A stretch of 64,000 nt of DNA from Takakia lepidozioides (taxonomy: Eukaryota; Plantae; Bryophyta): positions 42,718,001 through 42,782,000 of the forward strand of contig CM060731.1 in assembly GCA_030704615.1 (NCBI GenBank). Reading direction: 5' to 3'. Below, piece by piece: positions 20,201 to 34,257 of this stretch. Position 1 is the stretch's first letter. Every line of letters begins with the position of its first letter. A program made the translations under genes and the position numbers. The notes beneath the pieces are model-generated. The model worked only from the letters and a program-made list of their open reading frames with translations. It ran no database searches and had not been told where the DNA came from.

Positions 20201-23200
20201 AAGCTAAAACCGCGAGCTACATGATGGGAAGAAGAAATCTGATGGGAGATTTTACAGGCTTCAATGAGAAAGGAGGAGTGGACTTTGTTGGGCAGAGAGA
20301 GGGTGACGGGGTGGTAATGGATTTGACAGGCAGTGAGGTTACTACAAAGGATGTCAAGCCAGAGTCAAAGGATTTGATTGGAGAGTTCACAGTTGAGGCC
20401 AAGTCCCCTTCTGAAGCATGGAGGCTGTTTTCTCAGCAGTTTTTAAAGCGCTGCAGGAACTTCCCGGACCTGTATAAATTTCTCCAATCTATTTGTCCTC
20501 ATGCTGTAGACCACATCAGTGAGAGGGGGTCCCCACCAGAATTGGACCATGAACAGTCTGAGGATGGCAATGATGGACGATCTGACAAGGGAGAAAATTG
20601 TACTACCAATGGGGCAGGTGGGGGAAATTTATTGGAATGCAGCCAAGTTATTGAGGATGTAGAAGGTATCGGTCAGAACAAGTCATGCGGTGGGACAGGA
20701 AAGGTGGTCCACACAAGGAAACGTACAAGTGATGCATTGGAGATTCTGTTGTATAAAAGATTGGAGGAGAGAATGGGTGAGAATCGATTTGGGCTTGATC
20801 TACCAGTAGTGCAGGACTTAATCAAAGCTCTTGCAGCCGGTGAGACCGGTAAGCGTTGCTCTGACGAAGAGGGGCAAGCGATCAAGGAGGAAGCTAAGTG
20901 GGAAACCCCAGGCCCCCCTACGTGGGCTTTGAGACTCAGGGACAGGGCAAGGGAGAAACCGGCAGGAGAAGCAGGTAGAAACAATGCTCTTCCAGGGGTG
21001 GGTGAAGGCAAAGCTGACAAGCCTTGTACTGAGAAAGAGGTGCAAGCAACCAATGAAGAAGCAAAGTGGGATACCCCAGGGACCTGGGCGTTGAGACTCA
21101 GGGAGAGGGCAAGGGAGAAACCGGAAGCAGGTGGAAGTAAGGCTCTTCCAGGGGTGGGTGAAGTTGAGGCGGACAAGCCTTGTGCTGAGAAAGAGGGGCA
21201 AGCAATCAAGGAAGAAGCAAAGCGGGATACCCCAGGGCATCCTACCTGGACTTTGAGACTCAGGGAGAGGGCACGGGTGAAACCGGCAGTAGAAGAAGCA
21301 GGTAGATTTACTGGCCCAACTGAAAATTGTGGATGATGGCATCTTGGGTCAGGGTGACTGGTTTACATGTGTGTGGAAGTTTTGTGAAGAGGGGAAGCAG
21401 GAGAGAGAAAGAAAGAAACTGTATAAAATATCCACAGGAAGCTGAAAATATGAATAAAAGAAATTCCACTAGGGACCTCCAGAGCCCATGGGGAAAAAGC
21501 AGTGGAGAAAGAGTTATTGTTTGGCTGTTGTGTATAGCATTTCTCTAGCTGATGGAGGAATGTTTCGTTGAAGTGTGCCATTTTGTATGTGTCACTGTAT
21601 ACTTTGAATGTTTGATGTCCTTTGTTCATGCTTTGTTACTTGCAGCTATCACAGGTGGGGAGAAAGGAAGGAACAAACCAACTTCAGAACCAGTGATGGG
21701 AGAGAGGGTGCAAGATGATGTGACTATGAAGAAGAGGCCGCAAGATGATGTGGCTATAGACATGTTAGATGATCTTGAATTGCCAACCACGGCAGTCAAG
21801 ACAGCTGCAAATGAGGGGCCGAATGAAAGTATTACGTTGGTAGAAGAGCGTCCACCCCCACCCAGGGGGCAGCCCCTTGGGAAAAGCCTTCCTGTGGAGC
21901 TTGTTGGAGATGTGCTTCAAGTATGTGCACTAGTACCAAATGTTCATTTACACCAGTCTTTATTTAATTACCTCATGGTTGTTTGCAGCTTCAGTCTTGA
22001 AGTCAGTATATGCAATCTGCAATAGCGAGAGTTTTGCTTGTTTCTAACAAGCATACATCATCCGCATGCCACCTTTCCACCTTCCCCAGTAGGTCTCCTC
22101 TTACCAGGTGGCTTGTAGAGATGTCTTCATTGGCATGTGAGGACCTGAAATATAGCTGTATTGGGTGTAGCATGATATACTTGTGGGGTGTTAACTGGAA
22201 TTCTGCAGCAGAGTGTTTCCCAAACCCCACCTGATAGAGAAGGGGAACCAAACTCACATCCTTGATCAATACAACATGACAGAAGACTCAAGTAAATTGA
22301 ATTGTTTGTTTACAATTTGTGGGCCTTTCAGCTCGGGGCTCTTTGAAGGTCTATCAAATCTGTTGATGACTGGTTTACTTGTATGCTCCTACAGAATTAA
22401 TCAACTACATTGTCAATTTGTGTGATGACTAAGAACTGAAGTTGGCATTTTGTTATGAGGCATTGCATCTGACATGACACATCTTGGAGCTGCTACAGGT
22501 CTGGCAGTTTCTCTATCGTTTCTCTGAAGTAATTGGGCAAGAGTCAGTCCCTGCCTTAGAGGACTTGGAATCAGTGCTGCTCGGCATCGGGCCAGTTCAT
22601 TCAAGGGGGGAACCAGTGCAAGTTCTGGGTGAAGAAGGAACTTCTCTGCCCAGCGAAGGTATAGGGAACAGGGTACAAAGCAAAAACCAAGAGCTGGCAG
22701 ATGTGAAACCTGGCGTTGCAGGGGGGTTTGTGGCAGGAGAACTTGAGAGGCAGAGGGTTGGCGGAGAAGGAAGAACTAGTGGATGCGATTATACTGGTGC
22801 GAAGCAGCCTGCCATTGCGGAAAGGTCACCAGAGGGTTTAGATGTTGAGATGGAGAAAGCTAGTATGAAACTGGCGGATGAAAAATGGGTGGCTGAGGTC
22901 AAGAACAGAGTGCCCAATGAAAACAAGGGTACTCAACGATTTCAGGGGGATTTCTGTGCAATTGAGGAACTTGTAGCATTTGGGGATGGGACATTGAGTG
23001 ACAGTCTCCAGAAGGTGGCTGACGTGCACATACCTTTACTGAAATATCTGCTGTCAGATTTGCAGTTTTGTGTTTCAGGTGCTTCCACTGATGGGGAATT
23101 TGAAGAGCTCAGAAGAAGGGGAAGAAAGCGAATTGGGGAGACAGCACCCCTTCCAACAGAGTTTGGGGAGGACCTTCCTATAAACGAGGTAACTTGGCCA

Positions 23201-26200
23201 GAACTTGCTCGTCGGTACCTTGTCATTGTGATGGAGATGAGGAAAAGCGACAACATTGCAGAGTTGAGACCTGATAAGCGCAACAAGCTGGCCAGATGCT
23301 TTCAAGGAGACGGTGGCGTGTTGTGTGGGGCTGTAGAGGGAGTTGTTGGTGTGGAAAGTGATGCTCAGGTCAGAGTTCTTAACTTTCTCCTAAAGGTCTT
23401 TAGGAAGAAGAATGCTGTTTTGATGTTTTGATGTTTGGTTTCAGCATTTTCACTACTTTCTGAGTTGTTGTATATGAGAAGTTTGTATTTTGTTTCAATT
23501 TGCCTTTGGTGTTATAGGATAGTGTAAGCAACCAGGTGCGCTCATCTTGTTGCCGTGGGAGTCTCAAGCTGCAATTTGCATACTGTCTAACAGGTTTCTC
23601 CGAAAGACAGAGTACAGTACAAGCAAAAAAGTAGTTAGATGGTATGGATTGCCCTCAAATTTCCTGCACATCTTCAGGTGCTAGCAGAGGCAGAGAAGGA
23701 GATTTTAACTCGATTGACTGTCACTCCACCCCTACTGTGCGATGGATCAATCCAACCAGCTAGTCGAGCACCTTTGGTTGAGCAAGAGAAGGACAGCGAG
23801 AATCTCGAGGAAATCCCTCAGTGGGTGGAAATTTTAGAGCCTGTGCGCAAAATGCAGACAAATGTTGGTTCCAGGATCAGGAACAAAGTTCGGGAAGCAC
23901 TGGAGCTGGAGATACCTGATTGGGCCAGAACAACTCTGGAATGGTCAATAAGTAAGGATGTCTTTAAGGGCAATGCGTCAGGCCCAACTAAGGTATAGTT
24001 TGGCAGACCAACAGGATCCAGATACACTAAGTTCATCATTGCAACATGTAAATGTGTAAGTGGAACAAGGTAAGGATACAAATTATGGACTTGGGGTTGT
24101 GATGAGGTTCAGGTACTTCAAGCTGTTGTAGTGTACTTGTTCTGTGGAACAAGGGTAGAGTTGATAAGTTTAATTGGGCTGGAAAATGTCACTCACTTGT
24201 GTAGAGATATGACTTGGACTCTACAATGTTTAATGTGCCTCGTAGCTGGTAGGATGGTCTGGTCATTATCTCAAGTTGACGTCACTGTCTATTTACAGAG
24301 AGCTGTGGTGGAGGTTTTGGCACAATTTTATGGGGAAGATTTCAAGCCTAATAAACCCGCTCGGGAGCGGAAACCAAAGAAGCTAGCCCCTTCTCCTGAA
24401 CATCTGATGCAGCGTTGCCGAATCGTTCTACGCCAGGTGGCAGATGCTGATAAGTCAGAAGTGATTTGCAATATGATGGAAGGCCCCAATGGACGTAAGT
24501 TGCGTGCTATGGTGGCTCGGCCCCTTGATTTTCGAACAATTGATGCACGCCTTGCCGCCGGGGCTTATGGGGGCTCACCAGATGCATTCGCAGCTGATGT
24601 GCGACAGGTATGGGGCACCCTTCCGCAACTGCAACTGTGCTGTTTCAATTTTGGCCTCACTTTGGATTTCTTTTAGGAGTTCTGTATGGAAAGGGGACCC
24701 ACTGGCATGAGTTACTATTCTGAAGCTCAACAACTGTGGCAGATATGGAGGAACGTGGAGATTGTGCACAAGAGTGGCAGTGACATGGTGGAGCTTGCCA
24801 CCTCCCTGTCTCACCTATTCGAAAATCTCTACAATAAGCAGGTTGTGTTTCTGTGTAGTTGTTCTGAGTCCGGTTTGGAATGAAATCAAAGAGTTGTGCA
24901 ACCCTAGGCAGGTTCGATTGTGCGACCATGGTTGCAAGCATCGCATTTTGCTTAGTGACTGTGTCACAATGCCAAACCTGCCGAAGTTCTTCATTTGTGT
25001 ATGACTATGTCTGATGTTCTGGTTGCTGACTGTTTGCCCATGGCCTGCATCACTCTCTCCCACATGATGCCTGCAGTCTATTGATTCTTAAATGTATCTT
25101 TAGTCTCTGTGCTTGGTTCCTGGCATAAGCTCACTGTAAGCCAAAGCTGCAGCTCTTCAGTGACACATACTTACCTTTCCCTTACCAGGGTCCTAAGCAA
25201 TGTCTAAGTTGCTCCACAGTTCCGGGTTGAGGAGGGCAATTTGGATAGGTTATCTCTAGAGGATAGTATTCATGGAGTGTGCAACCTACATGAGGTGGAG
25301 TCTCGACCACTTCTCTTTAGCCGACCAGTGTCCTTCCGATCAGAAGTAGACTGTCTTCTCAGAGGTGTCATCCGTGTTGAGAGGCCTTTAGCTCTGAAGA
25401 CCAGAAGTGCCTAGCATAGCAGGGTACCTCTCCATCCCAAGAGTTAGTTAGGCTGCATTTTACCAAGTTCCTGAGAGCCTGAAGTCTTCATTACATATGG
25501 AACTTCCTTTTGGTCTAAATGCCCTTTGGATTCCTGTGGATGTAATATCTTGTTTTTTCGTTTTCTCCCTCCCCCTGTTCCTTCAGAATTTAGTGGAGGA
25601 CATGGATGGCCCAAGTTCAGTGAGGCCACAGCACAAACTAAGAGTAGGCTGCCTTCTGTAGCTCTCCATGATTTGTTTATTGACTGTTTGTTTGTGATCC
25701 GTATCAGCAGTTGAATCAGTTGCTGTAATCTTAGCAATGTTGTCAGGGATTTTGTTTAAATTGCCAAACTCCGACTGTTGCAGGTTATAAGCTTGATCAA
25801 GGGTGTTCTTGAATCAAATGGGAAACCCAGCAACTCTAACAAAGATGTCAATCTTCCTGAAGGACATATGTTGGAGATGCCAACACATACAGGGACTGAG
25901 ATTCCAGAAAAGCCTGTGGATGGCAAGCTTCTCAAGGCTCGCTGGGAGGATGATGAAACATGTCGAATGTGTGGAGTAGATGAGGACTACGAAAGCATTA
26001 TGTTGTGTGATGGGTGTGATTCTCAATATCACACATACTGCTTACTTCCTCCCCTTGAAAAGGTTCCTGATGGAAACTGGTTCTGCCCAGCATGTGTTGC
26101 TGTTGAGAAGGGCTTCCCAGAGGCGCCCGCAGTAGTTGCAGAGGGAGAGGTGGCAGGCACAGGAAAGGAAGGAGAAAGGCTTCCTGGGGGACTGGAATTG

Positions 26201-29200
26201 GAAGATGAGCAGTTCCATAATCATGGGATTACAGGGGATTGTGCTGTCGGAAAGGACAAGGCACTGCATGGAGGTCAGGTACCTGTTGTGGAGGGTTCAG
26301 TCCAAGCATTGCTGAAGAGGATGAAGGAGAAAGAGTACTGGCATTTGAGTCTGACGGATGTAAGAATCTGTTACTCCTCACTTCAAATAATACCTTGAGT
26401 CTCAGATAATGCTTTCACTGTCAATACAGTAAGGAAATGGTAGCATCCAACAGATGGCCTATTGGGTGGGCTCACTTATAAGCAGTTGTGGGTTCAAAGC
26501 CACATAAGAATGTTGGATATCACCCATTATAGCCATGAAAGGGGGTCGTTGGGTCACCATTCATCTAATGCATGGGTACCGGGGACTTTCGGGTTCTTGG
26601 GGGAGGTTTGGGCAACCGCGGTGCCCTGGTTATGGCCGTTAGAAGGTGCCCACATTCCAAACAGAAGGCAGTAGGCCTTCGGGTGAAGTGACACCATAAA
26701 TTTGGCAGGAGTCAACCTTCACCTTTTTTAGAAAAAATTTTGAAGGGAGAGAGGGAAAGGGCACAGCTACAGGGCCTGAGAAAAGGGAGAGCACCCTGGA
26801 ACCTCACGGTCAGCAAACATGTTTCATGGTGGATGCCCAGAAAGCAGTTCCACTCATGCTGGTGCTTTGGGGTTTGATGGCTAGGTTGGATCACTGTGCT
26901 GTCCAAACTGGCCTGCCTACTGTTGCAGGACCCAGGGCTGCTCAGTGTACTTTTCTTTCAACTTCGAACGAGTTGTGTGTTAACGATTCTTCCTTTTTTG
27001 AATGTCTTTTTGGTCTTATGAGTTTGGCTGTGACCAAATTTGTAACTAGTGTGACCATAACTTAGGGTCCAAATAATGTATAAATAAAGTAAAGGAAGGT
27101 CAATATCTAGAAGTCATCACTGGATGTTCAAGAGGACAGTCAAGCAATTATGTCACGGACTGTCAATGGGTGGATAGGACACAGAAGTAGCCTCATCACA
27201 GAGAAAAATGTCAATCTTTGTTGGCATAGTGTTGAAGTTATTTGTTTGTTAACTCACTATGCTTATGGTACATTGGCTTTTGCTTGCTGGGTTGGGTCCA
27301 ACCACCAGAGGGTTTTCCTTTTGAAGTTTCTTTGCGATGAAGCACTGAACACTCTCCAAGTTCGCATGCACCTGGAGAAGAGTGTTGACTTGGCTTGTGA
27401 GCTACAGCAGCAACTTCGCACACTAGTTGCCAGTCAGCAGAGAGATGTAGAAGCTGCAAGAGGGGAGCGACAGCAGGCAGTGCTGGCTGATCAGCGGAAG
27501 CATGGAGGGCAGGGGAAAGTTTCTGACCGAGAGGTTCGGCAGCACAGGCAGATTATGAGTACTTCTTCAGGACCAAATTCCCAGGCAAATGACCAAGATG
27601 AAGTTACGTTAGACACTTGGGCCACAAGGCTAAGAAGGCGGCATTTTGAAGCAGGGACTGGAATTGTGAGCCCTGGTTTATCGCAAGTTCTGAAGGATGA
27701 GGCTACCGTGGTGCATGTGGAGGACAGCAATGGTAAGTCAGGAGAGCAGCCCACATGTGAAGAGACTGGGATAGTGGAGAATCTTAGCCCTGTTTCCTTG
27801 CAAGTTTTACAGGACAATTCTGAAACCCCCGTGTGTATGGAGAAGAGCCAGGGGATGTCAAAAGAGAAAGAAATGTGTGATGGCGTTGGGACAGTGAAAA
27901 TTGATGAAGGTTTAAACAGGGAAGGATATGAGGTAGTAGAAGCTCATGTTTCAGACAAGAACGTCGGAACTGGAATGTCACATGGCAGTGATGTTGTATT
28001 TGATCACAGAACTACAGGAGAATCTCAACTGATGGGACGAAAAAGTTTGATCACAAGTGATAGCTTAGTAGCTGACTCAAAAAAGAGGAAGTTTTCAGAT
28101 GCTTGTGTGACAGATGGGACAAGTGAACAAGCAACAGTTGTCGCTCTCCAGGAGAAAGGGGAGAAAGTCTTGGAGGGGGACACTGGGAGCAGTATCAAGC
28201 GTCTTAAGGCGGACAATGTGCTGGAAGGATCTAAGAACAAATGTGAAAGCAATGCTGACTGTGAAGGGGAGCATGTTGCACAGGTGTCCAGTCTCAAGAG
28301 AGAGGGGATAAAGTTGGATGGAGTATCAAACCTTCATAGGGAGGAGCCTCTGTCTGAGGTGTTTGGTGGAAAGGTGTCTGAGAGGGTTGAGGAGAAGCAA
28401 CCAATTTGTGAAAATATCATTCACCTACCCGAGGTTAGTCAAGGGTCTGGTGAGACTCTCAATCATGGAGAGGAATGTAAAGGTCTCCCAAATATATCAG
28501 AGAGCCATGGTGAAGCTTTCTGTGCTGTAGGTGGTGAAGCTCAGGTTATCGCCTCCTCTTTCTTGCAATGCCCTACAGAGACACACCAGCCTGGTTTAGT
28601 GTTAAATGATACATCAGAGATAGGAGGGGTCAATTTGCAATGCACAGTTGAGAGAAGAGTTGATGTGGAAGGTGAGTGTGGATTGGCAACTGAGGAAACC
28701 AGTCTTTCCCCGGTGACTACTGGGACTGACAACATTACTCATGAGATAGGGATGAGCGATTTGAAAGGGAAATTGAGGCTGAGTACTGAGACACCTGAAT
28801 CTGGAAGAAAGGGTTTGGTACGGTCATGTCGCAGCAAGCAATCTGAGTATGCCAGTTTTAGTGGGACTGGTGGGAAAAGGGCCACTAAGTGTGAAAAAAT
28901 TGCTGATGATTGCCTGCTAGCAAGCATGCTGAAACGGAAGGTGGAGGTGAAGGCTCTGAACTCACGGATGGGTAGTGGTTATGGTGGTGAGAAACTGAAG
29001 AAGCCTAGGAGGGAGGTTGCAAACTCAGTGAAGTTCCACTGTAATGGTGCCGAAAATGGGGATGTTGATGATCTCCGACCAGAGGAAGTTGAGGTGCCTA
29101 TGGCTGTAGCAGATTCCAGCCTGTCAGAAGACCTGCAGTCTGAGGAAGCACTATCATGCTATGGCAAGTCAAAAGTTGTTCTGTCGGAGGATGTTGAGTA

Positions 29201-32200
29201 TGCGACACTTGAAAATCATGGAAATTTGAAGGTCAATGAGGGAATCGCAGCAAAAGCCAATGCTGGAGATTTGCTGGATGCAGAAATAGCAAGGGTAGAG
29301 GCTAAGCTTTTCAATGCAAGTTTGCGCAGGGACCATTTGGGTACAGATGACCTGGGACGAGAATATTGGGCCTTTGGTGGGTCTGATCAGAGGCCATGTT
29401 TAGTGGTTGGCAAATGGATCTCTGCATCAAAATCACAGTTGGAAGAAGGTTTGTAACATATTGTAGTAATGACAAAAGATTGTGTAGGTTTGTGAGGCTT
29501 TTGCATGGAGGCAGTCTTAAGAGGGGCAGAGGAGAGTGGGGGTCTTTCTGAAGCTTGAGCAGTCCTCCATCTATTCGATTAAAGTCGGGTTCTCCTTCTT
29601 TGCGACACAGCTTGGTCTTTTGAAGAGATTAGCTGCTTAAAATGACGGAAAGTTTTTGGGCCTTCCAGTTCCATTGAACTTGTCCATAGTATATTGACTT
29701 GTTATTTTGTGGTTTGGATGCTCAGATGGTAAACTTAACAGGATTGGAGATGAAGATGAGTTGGGCTGCCAATGGTGGGCTTACAAAGGGGATGGATCCC
29801 TCGATGCATTGTTTGCATGGCTGAGGCCTAGAAGCCGCCAAGAGAGAGCACTCAGAGCGTCTCTCACACAGTGGCGGAGGTCTGTGTTCACCAAGCATCA
29901 AAAGCAGCATATGCCTGGGACTCTCAATGAGCCAATTGATCGTCATCCTCATGCACTGCAACCTGAGTTGCCAAGCAAACATAGCACTGAGTCAGGTTAC
30001 CCCATCGAGATGACTGCTTTCCAGAAACAGCCTGCCAGAATAATTGCCCACAATTTTCCAGGTATGAAAGCAACAGCTATTCTTCGGCGCAAGCCTGGTG
30101 GTGTGTTACGATCTAAAATTGTCACGAAAGATGGGAGTAAAACTTCTCAGCTGGAGACTAAACTGAACCGCTGCGAGTGCCTGGAGCCTGTCTGGAAATC
30201 CAGGTGCCATTGTCAGACTTGCCACGAAACATTTGATTCTTCTGCAGAGCTTCAGACGCATCAGAAAGTTTGCGCCAAAGCAGGCAGACCTGGTAGGAAG
30301 TCGTTGGAAAGAGGTCCATCTCCCAAGTTGCTCATTTCCAAGGTTAGGAGGAGCAAGGGGATGGCTGGTAAGTGGGCTGTCAAGGGTAAGAAGTCACTTG
30401 TAGTTGAGGGAAGGAAAGGAACCAAACAATCCAAGGCCGGGAAGAAGAAAGAAAGGAAGTCAGAAATTGGGAAGAGAAGGTCTGATAGGGCCAAATGGAT
30501 TGTCAATGTCAAGACCACACCCACCCTTGTTGGAGAGATTGAGGAACTACAAGCTGATGATGAAGAGAACATGCTGGTGAGTGAAGAAGAACCAGAGCTT
30601 TTGTCTGTGTATAAGGAGTCTGTCAGGGCTAAGAGATTAGCACTATCCATGCCAGTGGAACCCCTTACAATTAGGGGCGATCAGGACATGCAGGACGAGA
30701 CTATGGACCCTTTCTTCCATCGAGACAGTCCACCGAACGGCATCATGGAGGGTTCTGGGGACGAGAATGTTTCCTTTCTAACACCTGTTGAGCATGAATG
30801 GGGCCCAAATCTTCAGTCAGGAAAATCTGAAATGAAACAGAAAAAGGAAGGGTTGCGAGGTGGTCCAGGAAAGGTTGCCAAACAGTCATTAAAACAGACA
30901 GCAGCAGAGGAGGCTCTTGCGTCTTTTGACTATGCCTCCATGCCAATGAGTTTCTCCACCCCAAATTCAACACGAGATAGAATATTGCAAATTGGGTGCT
31001 TTGATGAGCAGTGCCCCACATTTGCACCTGCCCTATATTGTGCACCTGCATTTGATCCTTCTCTCATGATCCAACCATACTACATGTGCATGGACAGGAT
31101 CCCTTCAATTGATAATGATGTCTTTTCTTTTACCTCTCCTCCTCTATCACATGTAGTTAGCCCGTCTCAGGAACCGGAACCTGTCAAGGAATTTGACCTC
31201 CAAAAATTAAAGATTATCTCATCGTCTGCTGATCAACATTCTGGAAAACAGCAAGTTGAATTGCATGCTACTCCTGAAGGTGAAGAGGAGGTTGTTGACG
31301 TAGGAACTTGCTGGGGTAATCGCTGGGACTTGGTAGCCAGTTTACCTCCCTTGGCAAGCCATGCTAGCAGAAAATCCCTTGAAGAGGCTGAAGGGAAGGA
31401 CCCTGGCTCTTACACAGTTGGAGAGGTTGCTACTGTCACTGGAGACACGCTGCCATCAGATTCGTTGCAAGTGTCGGGCATTGAAGGTATTCAGAGAGGA
31501 TTCCAGAGCACAATTTCTGAGCTACCCTGTGAGCCAGAGAAAGACATGCCTGTTGCTGGAGTTGGGAAGAAACCAAAGAAGTTCCCCGTCTCGGAAGCCT
31601 CACTGCGGCCCCTGGTTGGTGAGCAGCAAGGAATACTCAGAGGTATACAAATACGACTGTTGGACATAGAGGCAGCCATGGCGAGGGATGTGTTGGAGCC
31701 CGTGAGGTCTTCTTCTGGCAGGCGTCGGGCATGGCGGTCACTTGTCAAGTCTGCCAAATGCATTTATGAGGTATTTTCTGACTGCATTGTAGTAGACCTG
31801 TATCTATGTCCCAATGTAAGTCAACAAGCTGTGTAGACGGCAGTCATAGCAGAGAACTTTGAAGGGAGCATATGGTAATAAAAGATCTAGTTGTAAAAAT
31901 CTTCTTAAGATAATCATGGACACCTAAGGACTGTTTCCAATCTGTGCCCTATTGATATAGACTGCAGAGCTCCTGATAAACTTGAAGACCTGGACATGAG
32001 GGCTGTTTGGAGACATTCACGTTGAGCACTGCATGTATGTTATGCTCATTATGTAGGTCTTTGAGCATGTCTTATTACAATGAGATAATACACATTGTAT
32101 GCCATATGAATTGGGGTCTAAATACAGAGAAAGTCTGGGGCACTATAAACCATGTGGATATTTTCGAAGGCAGGTTTGGGTGCACAAACGTTCCATAACC

Positions 32201-34200
32201 AAATATTTGGTTCTGCCATGGCGTAGGGGGATAACCATGGCACAGGTCCCAGTGTGGAAGCTCATTTCTGGACTACCCCCATGCATTTAGTAGTGGACAA
32301 GATGCTATTGGGGTGTTTTAACTTTTATGTAGGTAAAGCAACAGGATAGGGTATTCTATCCATTGCAGTGCATTGGAGGTTCAGACTGGTAGGCTATGTG
32401 ATAGAAGCTTGGTGGTCTGGAAGGTGCCTTCTCAACAGCAGTTCAGGGCTGAAGGCGATCAACTTGTTAAGCCCTCATCTCCTTAACGTCTCTCTCTCTC
32501 TCTCTCTCTCAATGGAGAGCCAAGAGATCCCGGTCCTCCCTTCCTACACTTACCTGGGCGTTGAATTTTCCTCCAATTGTAATTGGGATGCACATATCCG
32601 GAAAGTTGTTCAAACTGGCAAGGGCAAAGCTCTGGGGCTCACTAAATTTTACCTACTGCAGAGGGGTCAACTCTGAGGTTAAGAAAACCATGCTTTGCCA
32701 CGTTATTAGACCTGCCTTGGAGTACGGATCTGCTATATGGGTTGATAACTCCAACCAGGCTAAGTCTCTAGAATCCATTCAAGTGGGGGTGCTTAAGGAG
32801 TGTATGTCAGCATGCTCCAAAACAGCCAATGTGGCTGTTCGGGGTGAGTTTGGCATTCCGTCCTTAAGCTCCCGACGAGATGAATTCAAGGTCAGATGGT
32901 GGGGTCAGCTGCAACATATGCCCAACACCAGATATCCTAAGTTAATCGACTCTATATCTTGGAAACAGGACCGCCCTGTCAAACAGGCTAAGTCCTGGCA
33001 GAAGAGAGTAGAAGAGATTCTCAAGGTCCTGGACCTGGATCCGCAAGTCTTGACCCTGCTGGATGAATCTGATTTAGAGGCTGTAGTGTCCGATGCCATG
33101 TCTGTTGTCATGAGATTGTCTGATGAAAATGAAGTTAGGCAGAAAACCTCCCTGAACTTGTTTCCAGTCAGTGACATGGGGGAGGACATCTTGGATGACC
33201 TCAAGGGTCTACCCACTCTCGGCACTAGACTGAAATTTAAACTCAGGGCTGGAAGCCTACCTTTGAACAGCAAACAGAAGCAGAGAGGAAAGGGAGAGTG
33301 CAATTGCCCATTGTGTGGGCAATCTGAAGACAGTATTCATTTTCTGATACACTGTCCGGGGTTCTCTCACCAAAGAGACGCTCTCTTCAACTCTATCAAG
33401 GGAATTGTGCCTGTACCCCTGTTTACCAACTTTGAAAGTCTCAGGCTGAGCCAAAAGCCCAGGCCCTCCTGAGGCCTAGTTTTTGGGCAAATCACACACA
33501 GCAGATTGATGCTTGTGTGAAGGGATTTCTAGAGGATATCTGGAAAACCCGGATTAATTCTTTATATGAAGGTAAGTCTTACTACCAACGTCAGCCCCTG
33601 ACAGAGGTAGGTTCTGTCCCTTTTGTTCCCGCTCAAACTGGGCGTGGGGTCAATGGCCACAAGGCTACGGCAAACAACGTCTTATGAGTACAATCTCTCT
33701 CTCTTTATGTTCCGTTCAAACTGGGCGCGGGGTCAATGGCCACAAGGCTACGGCAAACAATGTCTTATGAGTACAATGTCTCTCTCTCTCTCTCTCTCTC
33801 ACTAATATATGGCCACACCATCTTACGAGTACATTCTCTTGTACTAATCTCAATGGCAAATGACGGCAAATGACATCTTATGAGTACGTTCTGTCATACT
33901 AATCTTTCTTCACAAATTGGTGATGTGCAGGTTACAAAGGCTATTATCCTTCTGGAGCAAATGGTGAGGGCAGATTGCTTGAAAACAAGCTGGTGCTACT
34001 GGTCCTCACTTTCTGCGGCTGCCCGATCAGTCACACTATCCTCAGTAGCTTTAAAGCTCTATGCACTGGATGCTGCAATCATCTACAAGAGAGAAAAGCC
34101 TGCTAGTGATGAAGATGAAGGTCATTGCACAGTAGTCAAAAATAGGAAGAAGAAGAAGATTGAGATGGCTGTAAAGATAAAGAAGCGAATGTACACATAA
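17298..34200 (+). CDS. MBD9: Methyl-CpG-binding domain protein 9-like (PHD, MBD, FYRN/FYRC, DDT-like, bromo-like, second PHD, WHIM/WSD); 5'-most exon(s) unresolved
   Basis: PHD CQSC..VCDNCEKGFHLNC..WQCLPC (17430-17570). MBD GWEV..YYVSPDKQKFRSRLEVARFLG (18800-18930). FYRN WPIGYRSTWHD. PINEVTWPELARRYL. QTNVGSRIR..LEWSISKDVFKGNASGPTK. RPLDFRTIDARLAAGAYGGS. Second PHD (25960-26100). LRRDHLGTDDLGREYW. RCECLEPVW. Final exon WCYWSSLSAAA..LYALDAAIIY to TAA. GT-AG boundaries throughout. Confidence 0.93.
20860..21301 (+). repeat. Coding tandem repeat, about 3 x 156-168 bp, inside an MBD9 exon
   Basis: E.QA..EEAK.(E/D)TPG..TW.LRLR(D/E)RAR.KP appears three times. Confidence 0.95.
32511..33774 (+). mobile_element. 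5'-truncated RTEX-like LINE in the last MBD9 intron, inserted at a (TC)n tract, with a duplicated 3' end
   Basis: RT C-terminal YTYLGVEF, IRPALEYGSAIW, TANVAVRGEFG and a CCHC knuckle, with two frameshifts. Flanked by AA(C/T)GTC(TC)10 at 32485-32510 and 33775-33800. Confidence 0.92.
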
Positions 34201-34206
34201 GACGTT

Positions 34207-34257
34207 TTTCTGGCGTAGCTTTCTGGCGTAGCTTTCTGGCATAGCTTTCTGGCGATA
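34207..34257 (+). repeat. 13-bp minisatellite, about 4 copies, just after the MBD9 stop codon
   Basis: TTTCTGGCGTAGC repeated in tandem. Confidence 0.9.

Noticed and set aside
25166-25176. U1 snRNA 5' end (ATACTTACCT)
   Set aside because: The following sequence does not continue as U1.
17243-31763. Many antisense ORFs over MBD9 exons (also over atpC, the PPR gene and the GC-rich repeats)
   Set aside because: They are shadows of real coding frames or of GC-rich sequence and have no recognisable motifs.
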